NCBI RefSeq assembly: GCF_018977255.1
Contig: NW_024704743.1
Location: 74,216,001 to 74,280,000 of the forward strand
Reading direction: 5' to 3'
From: Callorhinchus milii
Taxonomy: Eukaryota
DNA length: 64,000 bases
In this document: piece after piece, positions 1 to 12,675 of the stretch
How the letters are laid out: every line of letters starts with the position of its first letter
Numbering within the stretch: position 1 is the stretch's first letter
The notes under the pieces: generated by a model
Told to the model about the DNA's origin: nothing
Database searches by the model: none
What the model saw: the letters and a program-made list of their open reading frames with translations, nothing else
Translations under genes and position numbers: made by a program

Positions 1-1380
1 GACATCAGTGGTAGGGAAAATTCTTGAGTCCTTAATTAAAGATGTGTTTATGGGATTCCTGGAAGACCATAACAAGATTGTGAAGAGTCAACATGGCTTT
101 ACAAAAGGGAAGTCATGCTTAACTAATCTTTTAGAGTTTTTTGAAGATGTATCTAGCAGGTTAGATAGGGGGGAACCAGTAGATGTAGTATATTTAGATT
201 TTAAAAAGGCATTTGACAAAGTGCCACACAAAAGGCTATTGCACAAGGTTAAGGCCCACGGGATTAATGGGAACATATTAGCATGGATTGAAGAGTGGCT
301 AACGGGTAGAAAACAGAGAGTAGGGATAAACGGGTCATTCTCGAATTGGCAGGATGTGACTAGTGGAGTGCCACAAGGATCAGTGCTTGGGCCTCAGCTA
401 TTTACAATTTACATCAATGATCTAGACGAGGACATTGAATGTAACGTATCTAAATTCGCGGATGACACTAAACTAGGTGGGAGAGTAAGCTCTGAGGATG
501 ATGCAAAAAGATTGCAACGGGATATAGATAGGCCAGGGGAGTGGGCGAGTAGGTGGCAGATGGAATTTAATGTGGGGAAGTGTGAAGTTATTCACCTAGG
601 TAGAAAAAATAGAAAAACAGATTATTTTCTAGAGGGGGAGAGATTAGATAGTGTTAGTGTTCAGAGGGATTTGGGTGTCCTTGTACACCAGTCTCAAAAA
701 GTTAGTTTGCAGGTGCAGCAAGCAACTAAGAAGGCGAACGGCATGTTAGCGTTCATTGCAAAAGGTTTAGAGTACAAGAGTAGGGAAGTCTTGCTGCAAC
801 TGTATAGGGCCTTGGTGAGACCGCACCTAGAGTATTGTGTGCAGTTTTGGTCTCCTTATTTAAAAAAGGAAATACTTGCCCTAGAGGGGTGCAGCGTAGA
901 TTCACTCGGTTAGTTTCTGGGATGAGGGGACTGACCTATGAGAATAGGCTGAATAAACTAGGGCTATGTTCTCTAGAGTACAGAAGAATTAGGGGAGATC
1001 TTATTGAAACATATAAGATTTTTAAAGGGCTGGATAAAGTAGACACTGAGGGACTGCTGCCCCTGGTAGGAGAATCTATAACCAGGGGTCAGTCTTAAAA
1101 TTAAGGGTCAGCCTTTTAGAACAGAGTTGAGGAAACATTTCTTCACTCAGAGGGTAGTGAATTTCACTACCCCAGAAGGCTGTAGCTGCTCGGTCCTTGA
1201 ACATCGTCAAGGCTGAAACTGATATATTTTTAAAAATAGAGGGATTAGGGGATATGGGGATAGAGCAGGTAATTAGAGTTAGGTCTGAAGATCAGCCATG
1301 ATCTTATCGAATGGCAGGGCAGGCTCGAGGGGCCGAATGCCTACTCCTGCTCCTAATTCTTATGTTCTTATGTTCTTATG
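1..1380 (+). mobile_element. CR1-clade LINE, 3' part (RT domain, 3' UTR, tail); runs off the window start
   Basis: ORF 8..913 has RT motifs QHGF, YLDFKKAFDKVPH, GVPQGSVLGP and KFADDTKL. A frameshift near 890 continues as QRRFTRLVSG..RRIRGDLIETYK. Ends in a (TTCTTATG)n tail at ~1357-1380. Confidence 0.95.
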
Positions 1381-1506
1381 TAACACATTGGATTCATACA
1401 CATACTCACATTTGTCAAATAAACAGCTGAATTAAACATTGAGCCTGATTTACATTAATTGAGTTAGTGGATCCAATTTTGAGAAACATTTATACCATAG
1501 CAGCAT

Positions 1507-1558
1507 CCTCCCGACGTGAAAAGCGCTATAAAAATTTAATTTTGTTGTTGTTGTTGTT
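1507..1558 (+). mobile_element. Ultra-truncated L2/SINE 3' end with (TTG)n tail
   Basis: cctcccgacgtgaaaagcgctata..ttgttgttg, flanked by agcat at 1502-1506 and 1559-1563 (possible TSD). Confidence 0.75.
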
Positions 1559-2280
1559 AGCATTTTCACTTCTGGTTACACACATTGAAAATTTGTTTTG
1601 CTCAAAGGTTTTGGTTATACAACTGATCTCCATCAAGCTGGTCATTCCACTTGAATAGCACCACATAAGTGGAAGCAGTTGTCATTGAAACTGATTAAAA
1701 TATTTAACGTTGTCAATAGAATGTAGTTTAATTTTAATTCTATTGCACTATTGCTTCTGCTGTTTATTATGCTTCAAGTACTGATAATGTTGTACTCAGT
1801 AGCTTATTTGGATGTTGGAACAACATCAGTGTGCATTGTAAAACATACTTTATTGTTCTGTGTGCGATGAGCATTCTGACCTGCACTCTACCAAATGTAA
1901 GGATTGTTATTATTCTGCAGGAGCATGAGTCAGGAGTATCCATGAGCTGTTAGTAAGACTTTTGTGAATATGAAACAGAATATCATTCGATTCACACTTA
2001 GAAATTAGCATCAGCGACTGCGAACCTGAAAAGGAGATTGCTTTAAGTGGGTGCAGGATTTTGAAAAATATAATGTACATGCACTTCAGTTTTGTGAAGA
2101 TGTGTGATATCTAGAGACATTAATGTGCAACAAACTTTTGTTGCAACAAATTGAAAGCATTCATCATTGTTTAAAAGAAAATTATCTTTTCCACACGTAG
2201 AAATTAAGTGACAACTAATTTGAAAATGTTATCAGTTTAAGACAGACCTAGGGCCTGAGCACCTCTATTTTATAATATGA

Positions 2281-2500
2281 ACCTAAAATTCCACTTAGTC
2301 TTAGACCATTTTGTGTTGAAGTTTAAGATTGTGCAAAATTGTGGAAAATTTCTAATATTCAGACTTGATTTGGATGCCGGCTCTTTTTAAAAATTGCAGA
2401 AACCGGCTTTCAAATTAAGATTGAATTTAAGAATTTCCCACAATTCCATGCTATTGTAAAGTTAAAATGGTCTTACAGATTTAGGAGGAAATTTGGGCCT
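2281..2500. mobile_element. Palindromic MITE-like element, copy 1
   Basis: Fold-back: agaccatttt (2303-2312) pairs with aaaatggtct (2464-2473), and tgtggaaaatttct pairs imperfectly with agaatttcccaca. Core resembles 15855-16090 and 17855-18120. Confidence 0.65.
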
Positions 2501-3544
2501 TTGAATCTTTAGTGCAAACTTTGAAAAGAAGCATTCATTATACTGTGTGTGGAACAAACCAGTATTCCCAGATCAGAATGGAATGGTTTGCTTTACTGTT
2601 GTTGCCTTCTCTTTGGTGCTGTGAATGATCATGTTATAGATGACATTAATCTGATATAAATGCTCATCCTGCCTATGCAGGTACCAGCATGGATAACAAG
2701 GTTATTGAATACTCAGTGTACTGGAACTAGAGTCAGCAATCCACTCATACAGTACAATGCTCTTCACTCACTGAGCATGAGAAGAGAAGTGTTAAATCAG
2801 CAGTATTTAACTTGCATGAAAAAAATTTCAATGATATTAAAGCTTTATTGCAGTTAAAATTGCCTCAGTTTGGAGTTTTAGACATTAAGTGTTATTCCAT
2901 GTAAAGCTGTGGAATGTTTGGTTAGTGATTAGAGAACAACAATTTAAGATAGTTAGCAAAAGAGGATATTTGGAGATAAGGAGACATGTTTCCATGCACA
3001 GAGTAATTAAGATATGGGAGCAGTGGTTAATTCAGAATTTATCGTAGCTTTCGAAAGAGACTAAATATATATCTCAAAAGGAGAAAACTACAGGGAAATA
3101 AGAAAATGGCAGGTAAATGGGACTGAAAGCATTGTTTCTAAAAGAACCAGCACAAACATGATGGACCGAATGGCCTTCTTTCGTGCTGTAAGTATCCATG
3201 GTTCTATGATTTGTATGGAGAAAAGAAAAGAAGTAGTAATAACAAAAGGTGCTACTTTACCTTCAGTGAGAACATACTGTAATTTATGGTCAAGATACAG
3301 GTACATTGCCCAATACATGGCGATCCGGAGGTACATTTCTTTGAATGTTAAAATAGAAGAAAATTAATATATAGAACTATAGAGAAACCAGAGGCATTGT
3401 TTCCCACTTGCATCACAGTTGCCATTGTGTGGCGATGTACTTTGGTTTGGAGCCAGTTGAACGGTCAGTGTAAAAGTGCTGAACATACCAAAGATATGCA
3501 GAACTGTAGGTACTCCTGTAGTATCAAGGTAACAGACTTGATAG

Positions 3545-3800
3545 CAAGTCACAAGAGATCATACGAGAGGTTCAGGTGAAGGAATCCTTTTGGACAATTT
3601 GATCTCATCCCTCCAGACTCCACACTCTTACCGTCTTCCCACAGCAGCATCAAACTATTTCTTTTTTAAAGAGTCCAGCATCCTGTCCTCAACCTTTCCT
3701 TCTTGTAACGAGTTGCTCACCCTCTCCGTAAAGAAATTCTTCCTGGTATCTGTCTTAAATTTGTTCTTCATAATATTGTACCTGTAAACTTTGTCCTGCC
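3545..3800 (-). mobile_element. Old CR1-like 3' remnant
   Basis: Shares gatctcatccctccaga and aagaaattcttcctggtatctgtc-type motifs with 18470-19020 and 21968-22165. Confidence 0.55.
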
Positions 3801-3890
3801 TACTTTGATGTATCTAATAGTAATACCTTACATATCTGTGAAATGCCGCTTTTTAAGACTTAAAAGCCACATCTCATCCCTCCAGACTCC

Positions 3891-4045
3891 CCATTTCCCT
3901 GCCTCAATCCCTTCGCCTTGCCCCCTCTTTCCCCATTTTCAGGTTGCACCTGAAGAACTTCCTCTTTGACCATGCCTATGGTCACCTTCCCACCGGGACG
4001 TCGCCCAGCGTGGAGGGCGCTATATAAATGTAAGTTGTTGTTGTA
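3891..4045 (+). mobile_element. L2 LINE 3' end (subfamily B)
   Basis: cttcgccttgcccc..ctttgaccatgcctatggtcacc..gtggagggcgctatataaatgtaagttgttgttg. Confidence 0.8.
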
Positions 4046-4448
4046 TTGTCAGCACTGACTGTTAGTTACTGGAGGATTATATCAGAGACCAGAGGCATCG
4101 CTGCTTGCTGTGATTCATTTAATGGCTCTAAGCACCACTCTGCATGACACATATTACTATGAGCAAACACTTGGAGCAAAGCTCTGCCTTAATCCTGCTG
4201 TTCAAACGGTATTGACAAATAGCACGCGATTCAGTCGTGGAAGTCTGACTAAATGGTCCCTCAGTTGTGGATAATGACTGTTATTATATAGAAAACAGAG
4301 AAATGTACTGATTGAAACATTTTCAGAGCACCGCTTGCTTGTCAAAGGCTGAAGCTGTCATTTCTGCACAGCTCACAGACCAGACATAATTTCTAGATTG
4401 TTTTAATAGATTGGGAAACTCAGCAGAGAAACACTTTTTTTTCTTATC

Positions 4449-4772
4449 AGTCCTGTAGCTCAGTGGTTAGAGCACTCGCTTTGCAAGCGAGAGAACTGAG
4501 TCCAATTCCAGGCAGGGCGAAACCTTGGGCAAGTTTCCTTACTCCACACGCCTAATAATAATCCCTCCAAAACCAAAAACAATAATAAATTGGTCATTTT
4601 CAATCTACGACTGTTTGTGGACATTGCTGTGCGCAATTGGCTGCCGCGTTCGCCCACAAATATACAGTCAATTCACTTTACAGTGTGTTCTGTGAAGCAC
4701 TTTGGGACGTCCTCCCGACGTGAAAAGCGCTATATCAAATGCAAGGATTATTATTATTATTATTATTATTAT
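4449..4772 (+). mobile_element. tRNA-Ala-derived SINE, short young subfamily (Deu-like body, L2-type tail, (TTA)n)
   Basis: A-box-like tagctcagtggttaga; anticodon arm ctcgc-ttTGCaa-gcgag; near-identical to copies at 23728, 48845 and 57491. Confidence 0.92.
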
Positions 4773-4789
4773 TTTCTCCTCTCCTCTTC

Positions 4790-5120
4790 AGGAGGCTTTT
4801 GTTTACTGTCAACTGGGATCCACACACCCTCCAGCAATTAGCCCTAGAGACCATTATACACGTGCGGGCTTTGACGATGAACATCAGTTGCAACTCAGTT
4901 GTGAGGGCATCACAGTCAAATTGAGGGATCCATACCCACAGATGGCTAGCAGAGGGCATTGGATAGTGATCAGAAACTCTGGCTGACTTTCCTCTCTCTA
5001 ACCCTGAGTCACTGAAGCCCAACCGTAGTGTCTTCTACTGCTGCCCAGCTGAGATCAGTAAACTTATGGTCTACCTTTCCCAGCTGCTCACTAAATAAAT
5101 GCACCGAGCCATTAGTGGGG
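4790..5120 (-). mobile_element. Old unclassified SINE-like repeat
   Basis: The motif ctggctgactttcctctctctaaccc recurs in degraded form near 28090-28130, 48385-48430 and 63890-63930. Confidence 0.4.
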
Positions 5121-8100
5121 ACCTAACAAATATTTTTAACATTTATATTCAACATGCAAAACTCCACATGAACCATGACAGCTGTGGGACAGTTTTATTC
5201 TCAGGAATTCAGGATCCGTACAAACGAGAGCTGCTTTTTTAAGGTGTAAATATGTCAAATATGATTCAGTGCAGTTGGCTTGTGTAGTTTATATGAAAGA
5301 AGTGGAAAAGGCAGGACAGCTCGACAGTGAGCACTGAGTAAATACTTCACACAAAGCAGTCAAAATTGCAGTATTACTTCACAGCCCATGAATGTGTTAA
5401 TCAAAACTGCTAAGAAACATCACCCTATTGCCAGCTGATAACTAAAGCCTGACTGCGGGGTGTAAGCCCTCCTTTCCCCACCTTGTCCTCGGCACAATAA
5501 ATTCTAAATTATTAATAATAATAAACTTTGCATTTGATAGAGTGCATTTTCTGTCAAGAGGATGTCTCAATACACTTCACAGGATTTACCGTAAAGTGTA
5601 GTGATTGTGTACTTTGCAAGCAAATGTTTCTTATCTGATTCAATGTGTTAATTACCTTATTACCCACACCACCTGCAAGGACCAGACATAAAGCATAGTC
5701 GCCACTTAGAATAGTAGTCACTGGAACTTGCAGACAAAGCAAAGGAAAGCTCTGAAGCGTGTCACTGCAGAAATACTGCAGAGACATCAACTAAGCTGCA
5801 GAAATGCACAAGTAAAGGTGCCACACCAGAGCAGACTTACTTGATATCACGTGGCAGAACGCACCACTTAAACCTGAACACTCCTGCAGAGCGATATGTT
5901 GTATGAATCTCCTTTACACAGGGAAGAGTAGATTCCTGAACTCTCGCAGTTACAGCTGGTGAAAGCGTTCAGTTGTGAATTGTCAGCCAGTTGAAAAATT
6001 ATCGTGTACCCTGAACTGTGTGAGTTTTCCAGCATATTTATGAAATTTCAGCAAGCTATGTCACATTTCCTCAGCAGCATTCTACCTGTGCAGAGCACTG
6101 CTGCACCACAGACAGTGTGTGTACTTTTACTTTACCCACAGGTTCTGAGCCCATAGTCTGGACTGTGCCTTCAGTGTACAGCGCTGTAAGGTACTGCGCA
6201 AAACTTACAGAGTGTTGAGTTGCGCTAGTATTTACTGAAGCGGGAATGAAAGACAACCAGAGGCAGTGACAACAAAGATGACATGTCCACAGGGAATGCA
6301 ATAAATCATGTGCTGTTAACTCCCAAAAATGTGATCAATTAAAGATGGGGCTGAACTTTACTTTTTAGCAATGTGATAATAAAAGTGGCTTTTCCTCTCC
6401 CTCACGCCTGACTCTGTCACAATGGTTGAGCCTGGAGCAGACTTGTGGATTAGTGCAAATCATTGAGTTAACTTGGATTTTTGTTGTTGAGTTAAGACAG
6501 GATTCCCGGTGGGCATGTCTATCACCAGAGTCTACAGGAGGACATAGATAGATTAGGGGAGGGGCAGGCAGGTGGCAAATGCAATTCAATATAGAAGAAT
6601 GTAGTGCATTTTGAGAAGAAGAACAAAGAAAGGAAATGTGTCTCAAATGGTGCTAGAGTAGAGGAGCAGATAGCCTTGGAGTACCATTATACTGATCTTG
6701 AGTCTTTGTGGATGTGGCTTTCTCCTCCAGTGACTACTTGCTAATCGTTAGAAATGTTTCAAAAATGATTATTGTATTTGCTACAAGAGCAACTCCCTCT
6801 CCCTCCCTCACGCCCCGCACCCCCCCCCCCCCCCCCCCCACCCCAACATGGGTGAGGATTATCCCATTTCCGAACATGTTTGACTTCCTGGCTACGATGG
6901 GAAGACAGTAGGATGGGTGTTCTGGAAGGATGAAATTGAATGGGCCAAAGGGCTTTCTTTATCCAAATTGATTTTTTGATCTATTGTCTCCTCCACCAGA
7001 AATGTCTATCGCTGTTCACTGAATCAGGGATTTCTCAATTCCACCCTCCTCCAGATGCTCTTTTTATATCTGATTTGCTCCCTATATTACCACAAGGATA
7101 ATGGGGCTTACTCCCACCTCATTCAGGTTCCTAACTGCTTATTGTTGATGTTCGATAGTTGGTTGGTTGATCTAACCTAGAATGCTAAGATATGAAGCTG
7201 TAAAATCTGGGCATTATTAGCTCAGCAGCCGCTGAATGAAGTTAATGTGGTTGAAAATGCAGCATTCGCAAACCATATATCGCTGTAGTAATTGCATTTT
7301 CCAGGCCATAACTCAAGTTGAGAGATTTGTTAACAAAAAATTCACTGAAAAGAAATTTACTCTCTCAGAGGCTGCTCTACAGCCAATAATTTGCTTTCTA
7401 ATCTTTGTCGGACTTTTCTCAGCTGAGAAATGTCAGGAGTGATCGCGAAACAGATATTGCATTTGGTGCAGCGATTGACAACCACTGTATTTTCAACAAA
7501 GTCCAGTTTTGCCAAATGTCTCTTTGTAAACACAAGTCTGAATGTGAAGCCTAATTTTGTTTCAGTGCAGTGATGCTTGTTGCAGGGTAGGAAATAAAAC
7601 AGGTAATAGGTTTGTGCCCCTTGTACTCTCTAAGTATAGTATCTACATTTCACATTTATTGAGCAGCTTTCCATCTGGATCTAGTTTTCTTTTGAAGAGG
7701 AAAGGCAATTAAACCCCAAGCCAACCACATTCCTCAACAGTAATTACTGACAGTAATCCAATCAAAGGCGATTCTAAGGTCATGCATTAAGTTTGCGGAC
7801 ATTAAAAATAATTTCGCCTTTGGCATGAGTGAATGAGAGCTCGACCTGTGAGTAAAAAGTCACTGGATTGCAATGGTCTTTCGATGTATTATCCTATCTT
7901 TCTGGTAGACACATGTAAATAGTCATGTAACAGTTCACACGAAGGGCATCATCGTGGGGTAACTTAAACTTGACATGGATTAAGCTCCGCAAAGTAAACA
8001 GATTTCTGCCATATGTGTGGCTGCTCATTGATGTATTATTTTGCAAGTATACATTCCCAGCACATGTTTGTGGTTGAATCTGTATCAGGGCCTTCACTGT

Positions 8101-8736
8101 GAGTTGCTGTGGGTCAGTGCCTACAGTCACGCACCAAACCTGCTGAAATCGCCATCGAGTTCCACTTCAAAATAAACAGCACATTCATTATTTATCTAAG
8201 ACATCAACAGAGATAATCAGCAGAATTTTAAAATATCTTAATTCTTAATGCATTTTTCTTCAAAAGGCCAAGGTGCCTCTTCAATGTAATCACAGACGCT
8301 CACAGCCCAAATCTTGTACCAAACAGTGAAAATGCACGTTCCTACAAGTGTAAATTTCAATGTTTAGTCCCTCTCTTTCTGCTTATGGCCTCCCACTGTC
8401 TCCAGGTCTTCCTCCACATTGCTCCTGTGGCTTCATCAGATCATTAGAAAACATGAAATGTGGTAGAGCATTTTTGACTATCAAGGGGCTTCCTTCCATT
8501 GACCAGGTACACAGGTCCCGTCACAGACTCCAGCCAAACAACCCAATCTCTGGAGGGAACAAAGGAGGTAAATTTGTGATATTTTCACAACAGATCCAAT
8601 GTGATCTGCATCCACTCTGTTATGAAATGTCAGAAATGACTCCCAAAGGTAATCAGGCAAAATTATTTGAATTTAATTCTAATTTGCAGCTGAAACATAC
8701 TCAATTTGAACCTGTGACTGTATTTTTGGTCCCGCA

Positions 8737-9108
8737 GGGCAGCGTCTCAGAGCGCTCAACAGTGGAGGAGCCTGACTCCGAACCAGGGTGGGGTGGGTGG
8801 GTGGTGAAAGGTGGCCATAAGCACAGTCAAAATGGAAGGTTCTCAGGCGGGACTTGAAAAAGGGGAGAAAGGAGACAAGGTGGAGGGATTGAGGGAGAGT
8901 GTTCCAGAGTTTCGGGTTATAGTGGCTGAATGTACGACCTCTGATGATGGGGCGGAGGGTGCGAGAGATGAGCAGGAGGCCGGTGCCAGTCGACTGGAGA
9001 TGCCGGATGATGGATTGGGGAGTGAGGAGGTTGGAGGGGCAGGGAGGTGCCAGGGAGTGAAGGGATTTGAACACGAGTGTGAAGGTCTTGAAGTCGAGAT
9101 CTTGAAGT
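8737..9108 (-). mobile_element. L2 LINE 3' fragment (subfamily B)
   Basis: Minus ORF FKSLHSLAPPCPSNLL..GRTFSHYNPKLWNTLP matches the L2 ORF2 C-terminus. Confidence 0.9.
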
Positions 9109-9159
9109 GAGATTTAGAACCTTAAGAGTAGACGATTAAATTATCCAACATTTTAAATA

Positions 9160-9780
9160 AAGTAGTCGAACTCCTCAACATTATTGAGTTCAAGCTGCAA
9201 ATCTAAGTGATTTGTTTCACTCAGCATTGCAAAAGCCTCCAATGTGTTGTCACTCAACCTTTTCTCCAATACTTTTGGGCCAGAATTCGAGATTCCGCTT
9301 CCCCCATCTAAGTTAACAAAGAAGAATTCTATCCTTGAATCATCATAGACATGTTCTGTTGCCCTCCCTAATGTATTCAAGCTCTCTCTAACACAATATT
9401 GCATGCAGTGAACAATACAAAGTTAGTATACCTTTTCTTGATATACTCATATAATCAAATGCCCCAAAATGCTTCCCAGTACTTGCCTCGCCTTCTTGAT
9501 TACAGCTTCCCATTCCAGTGCTTTTGTTTTTTATTATTTGTTGTTTATGGGTTAATTTTTATCAACACAAATTCTTAATACGGAATCTGAGTGTTGTGAA
9601 TGAAAACTCTTTCCAATAACCATTGTACATCACATTGACTGACTACAACTCTGCTCCAATGCAATCAACTTCCAACAAATTGTTGGGAATGCTCATAGGA
9701 ATTTTTTAAGAAATTCCATCAAGAAATACCACAAATTAGACTCCATATTATTTTCCTTTTCGAGTTTTGGTAATCAATCA
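9160..9780 (-). pseudogene. Decayed hAT-type transposase C-terminal (dimerization) domain
   Basis: Minus-strand KRLSDNTLEAFAMLSE..LELNNVEEF (~9165-9265) and broken AFPTIC..ERVF..TLR pieces (~9575-9700) resemble the hATC pattern FPxLxxL..CERSFSxLxxIK..RLxxLAxLSIE. Recognised from memory only. Confidence 0.45.
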
Positions 9781-10083
9781 CATTTACAGAACCTTTCCTT
9801 GGGAGATGAAATGGTTTGGGTTGAGTCTGTGATTAGTATAGCCAGTGGATGATACAGACTGATGGCTCAAATGGCCTTTTTTCATTCCATGCTCTCTATG
9901 TTCTGATAATAGCACTGAGTGAGTCAACTCGAAAAGCCATGAGGCCTGACAGCATTAGTAAGCTACAGTGCCAAGGTGGCTCACCTCTAGCATAATGTAA
10001 CCGTTGGAAGAACAACATAACAAGTCAACAGTGCTTTGAAAGAGGTGTAGGTATTCCAGACACATCGCAGGTGTGTGTATTAG

Positions 10084-10284
<201 letters not shown>

Positions 10285-11229
10285 TGATTCCTTATCACTA
10301 TCACAATTGGGGTGTGTGATGTGATCATTATCACTGGTATTAACATTCAAGGCAATGAATGGTCTTTAAGGTAAGGCTATAAGAAATTTTGGAGCTTTAT
10401 TAAGGAACAGAGGAATTAAGCTGACCAGAACATAACAATAACAGAATAGAATGACAATGACAGCAGAAGTTGTTGTTAGTTTTTCCTTTGGAGCTAAGTA
10501 TTTTAGTCGCAGTTTTCTGCTCTTTCACTATATGCTTTAATACTGTGCTTCATTAAATAGCTATCCATTTCCTTTTTAAGGTTGTGGTAGTCTCAGTTTC
10601 AATAATTTCATTTGCTAATAACACTCTACATGAAGAAACTTTAACTCTTCCGTCCACAATCCTCTGACCCAATGACTCCTCTTTACTGATGCAGCAACCA
10701 ACAAGAATGATCTTTTAGTATTTATCCTCTCAAAGCCTTCAGATCGATTTTGGTAGCACAACAAAACTAATGGACACATCATTGTAGAACCTTGCTTGGT
10801 GCACTTTACCTTGTTCCAGGTTTCACTGATCCTGCTTAGTCTTCGTGATCAGGTAGAAGCATCACAATGTACTACAGAGCAATTAAATATCCAGGATTCT
10901 TGAATAGCCTATAAATATAGAGCAAGTGGGAGGATGTTAATCCATGACCTAGAAACAAAGGCCTTGACTAGCTTTACAGTCAAAAATATTCAGCTGGTGA
11001 AAGCAATTGGGACCGGGAGCCTATTTGTACAAAGGCTCAGCGAGCAGTGAAACTTTGAATAACAACATCCCCTTACTTTTCCTGAAAAGTACCTCAATCA
11101 CTATGTTTCTGATATTAGCCCCAAAACGACGTTGTTCCTCTATCAAGGCGCTAAGGTCAAAAATGTAGGCAGCACAGTTAACATGTTGAAACATTCCACA
11201 ATGTTGGTACATTTGCAATTGACTCAGAT

Positions 11230-11380
11230 CTGGCTTCACATTCCAACGCCACATTGGTCTGGATATTCCAAAACCTGCCATCTCTGCCTCTCCTTGGCCA
11301 AATACTTCTATTGCAGGATCATCTTGGTAGACAAAAATAGCTCCAGACTTCCCTTCTCCACCACCAACCAATTCCTCTGC
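11230..11380 (+). mobile_element. Old internal L2 ORF2 fragment
   Basis: HLCLSLAKYFYCRIILVDKNSSRLPFSTTNQFL aligns by eye with YRLSLSQAKTDFYNKVSLEANNNSKTLFSTVHHLF at 34100-34210. Confidence 0.55.
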
Positions 11381-11510
11381 ATACCATTGTTGTTTGTGGG
11401 GGGGGAAGAATTGCCGTAATAGTCAAATAAATTGTACAGAATACCCTTATGGGATAGTGCCAAATCCTAAAACTACTGTCTGACATGATTTGTGGCCCCT
11501 TATTAATTGA

Positions 11511-11639
<129 letters not shown>

Positions 11640-11745
11640 TAAGCATGTTTTCATGACAGATTAATAAAATGTATGCACATCCAACTAAAACATCCCAAAT
11701 CCTAATAACACTTAGAGCCCTTGGAATATTCAAAGGAGTCCCAAA

Positions 11746-12126
11746 GGAGTCCTGTAGCTCAGTGTTTGAGCACTCACCTCGCAAGCGAGTGACCTGGGTT
11801 CAAATTCCCAGCAGAGCGAAATGTTGGGTAAGTTTCCTTAATCCACACACCTCTGTTTACCTAGCAGTAAGTAGTCAATTGGCAGTTATTAGCCAATTGG
11901 CAGATAGCTGTTACGGGGGTAATAATTCCTTCAAAAATAAATAATAATAATAAATTGGTCACTTCAATCCACAAATGTTTGTGGGACACTGCTGTGCGCA
12001 ATTGGCTGCCACGTTTCGCCCACAAAATATATAGTCAATTCACTTTACAGTGTATTCTGTTAAGGGCTTTGAGACGTCTCGAAGACATGATAAGGTGCTA
12101 TTTCAAATGCAAGGATTGTTATTATT
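11746..12126 (+). mobile_element. tRNA-Ala-derived SINE, long older subfamily
   Basis: Same head and tail as the 4449 copy, with loop ctCGCaa and an extra ~60-nt segment beginning cctctgtttacctagcagtaagtag. Confidence 0.85.
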
Positions 12127-12537
12127 CTAAAGCAGAAAATGAATAATGGTAATTAAAGATTTCAAGAGGGAAGTAGTCAGGTACATGAAAGATAAAGTTT
12201 GCATGGGTACAGGGATAGAACGGGGGAGTCATATTGAATGGACAGCTTGCTCGGACTGCCAGTGCATACTCAGTGGGTCAAAGACCTCCTTCAGCACTGT
12301 ACATTTATACGATTGTAACCACACACCTGATTAATTTGATGCACACATACTTATTCAATTGGGGCATGTCTACAATTTCACTGATGAGCCAGCAATGAGG
12401 CTAGGTAACGTGCCTGGGATTACTGTAGCCCTGTAGGGTAGATGAATTTCTTTAAAGAATCGGTAGTGATCAAAATCAGAAGATTGATTATTTGAACCCA
12501 GAGCCTTCAGCACGTGTGAACCACCCTCCCTATATGC

Positions 12538-12675
12538 TCATAGAATCATAGAATCATACAGCACAGAAGGAGGCTATTCAGCCTATCGTGTCTCTGCCGG
12601 CTCTTTGAAAAGAACTATCCAATTCAATCCCACTCCCCCGCTCTCTCCCCATAGCCCTGCAAACTTGTCCTCTGT
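12538..12675 (-). mobile_element. CR1-like 3' end
   Basis: catagaatcatagaatcatacagcacagaaggaggctattcagcc is the reverse of a (ATTCTATG)n CR1-type tail and 3' UTR. Confidence 0.7.

Noticed and set aside
1..1098. Active CR1, or a retron/DGR-like RT system
   Set aside because: It is an ordinary CR1 RT with a frameshift near 890, with no accessory genes or template-repeat structure.
4449..4520. tRNA-Ala genes at the SINE heads
   Set aside because: The acceptor and T arms are degenerate, and each head runs into a SINE body and tail.
4590..4986. ORFs with poly-Ile/Tyr/Leu/Asn runs that look like membrane peptides
   Set aside because: They are translations of SINE (TTA)n tails.
6870..6900. FDFL peptide as an upstream GASK1A exon (expected ..FDFLLQ)
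   Set aside because: It continues as ATMG, with no splice donor and no other family motif. The upstream exon is probably outside the window.
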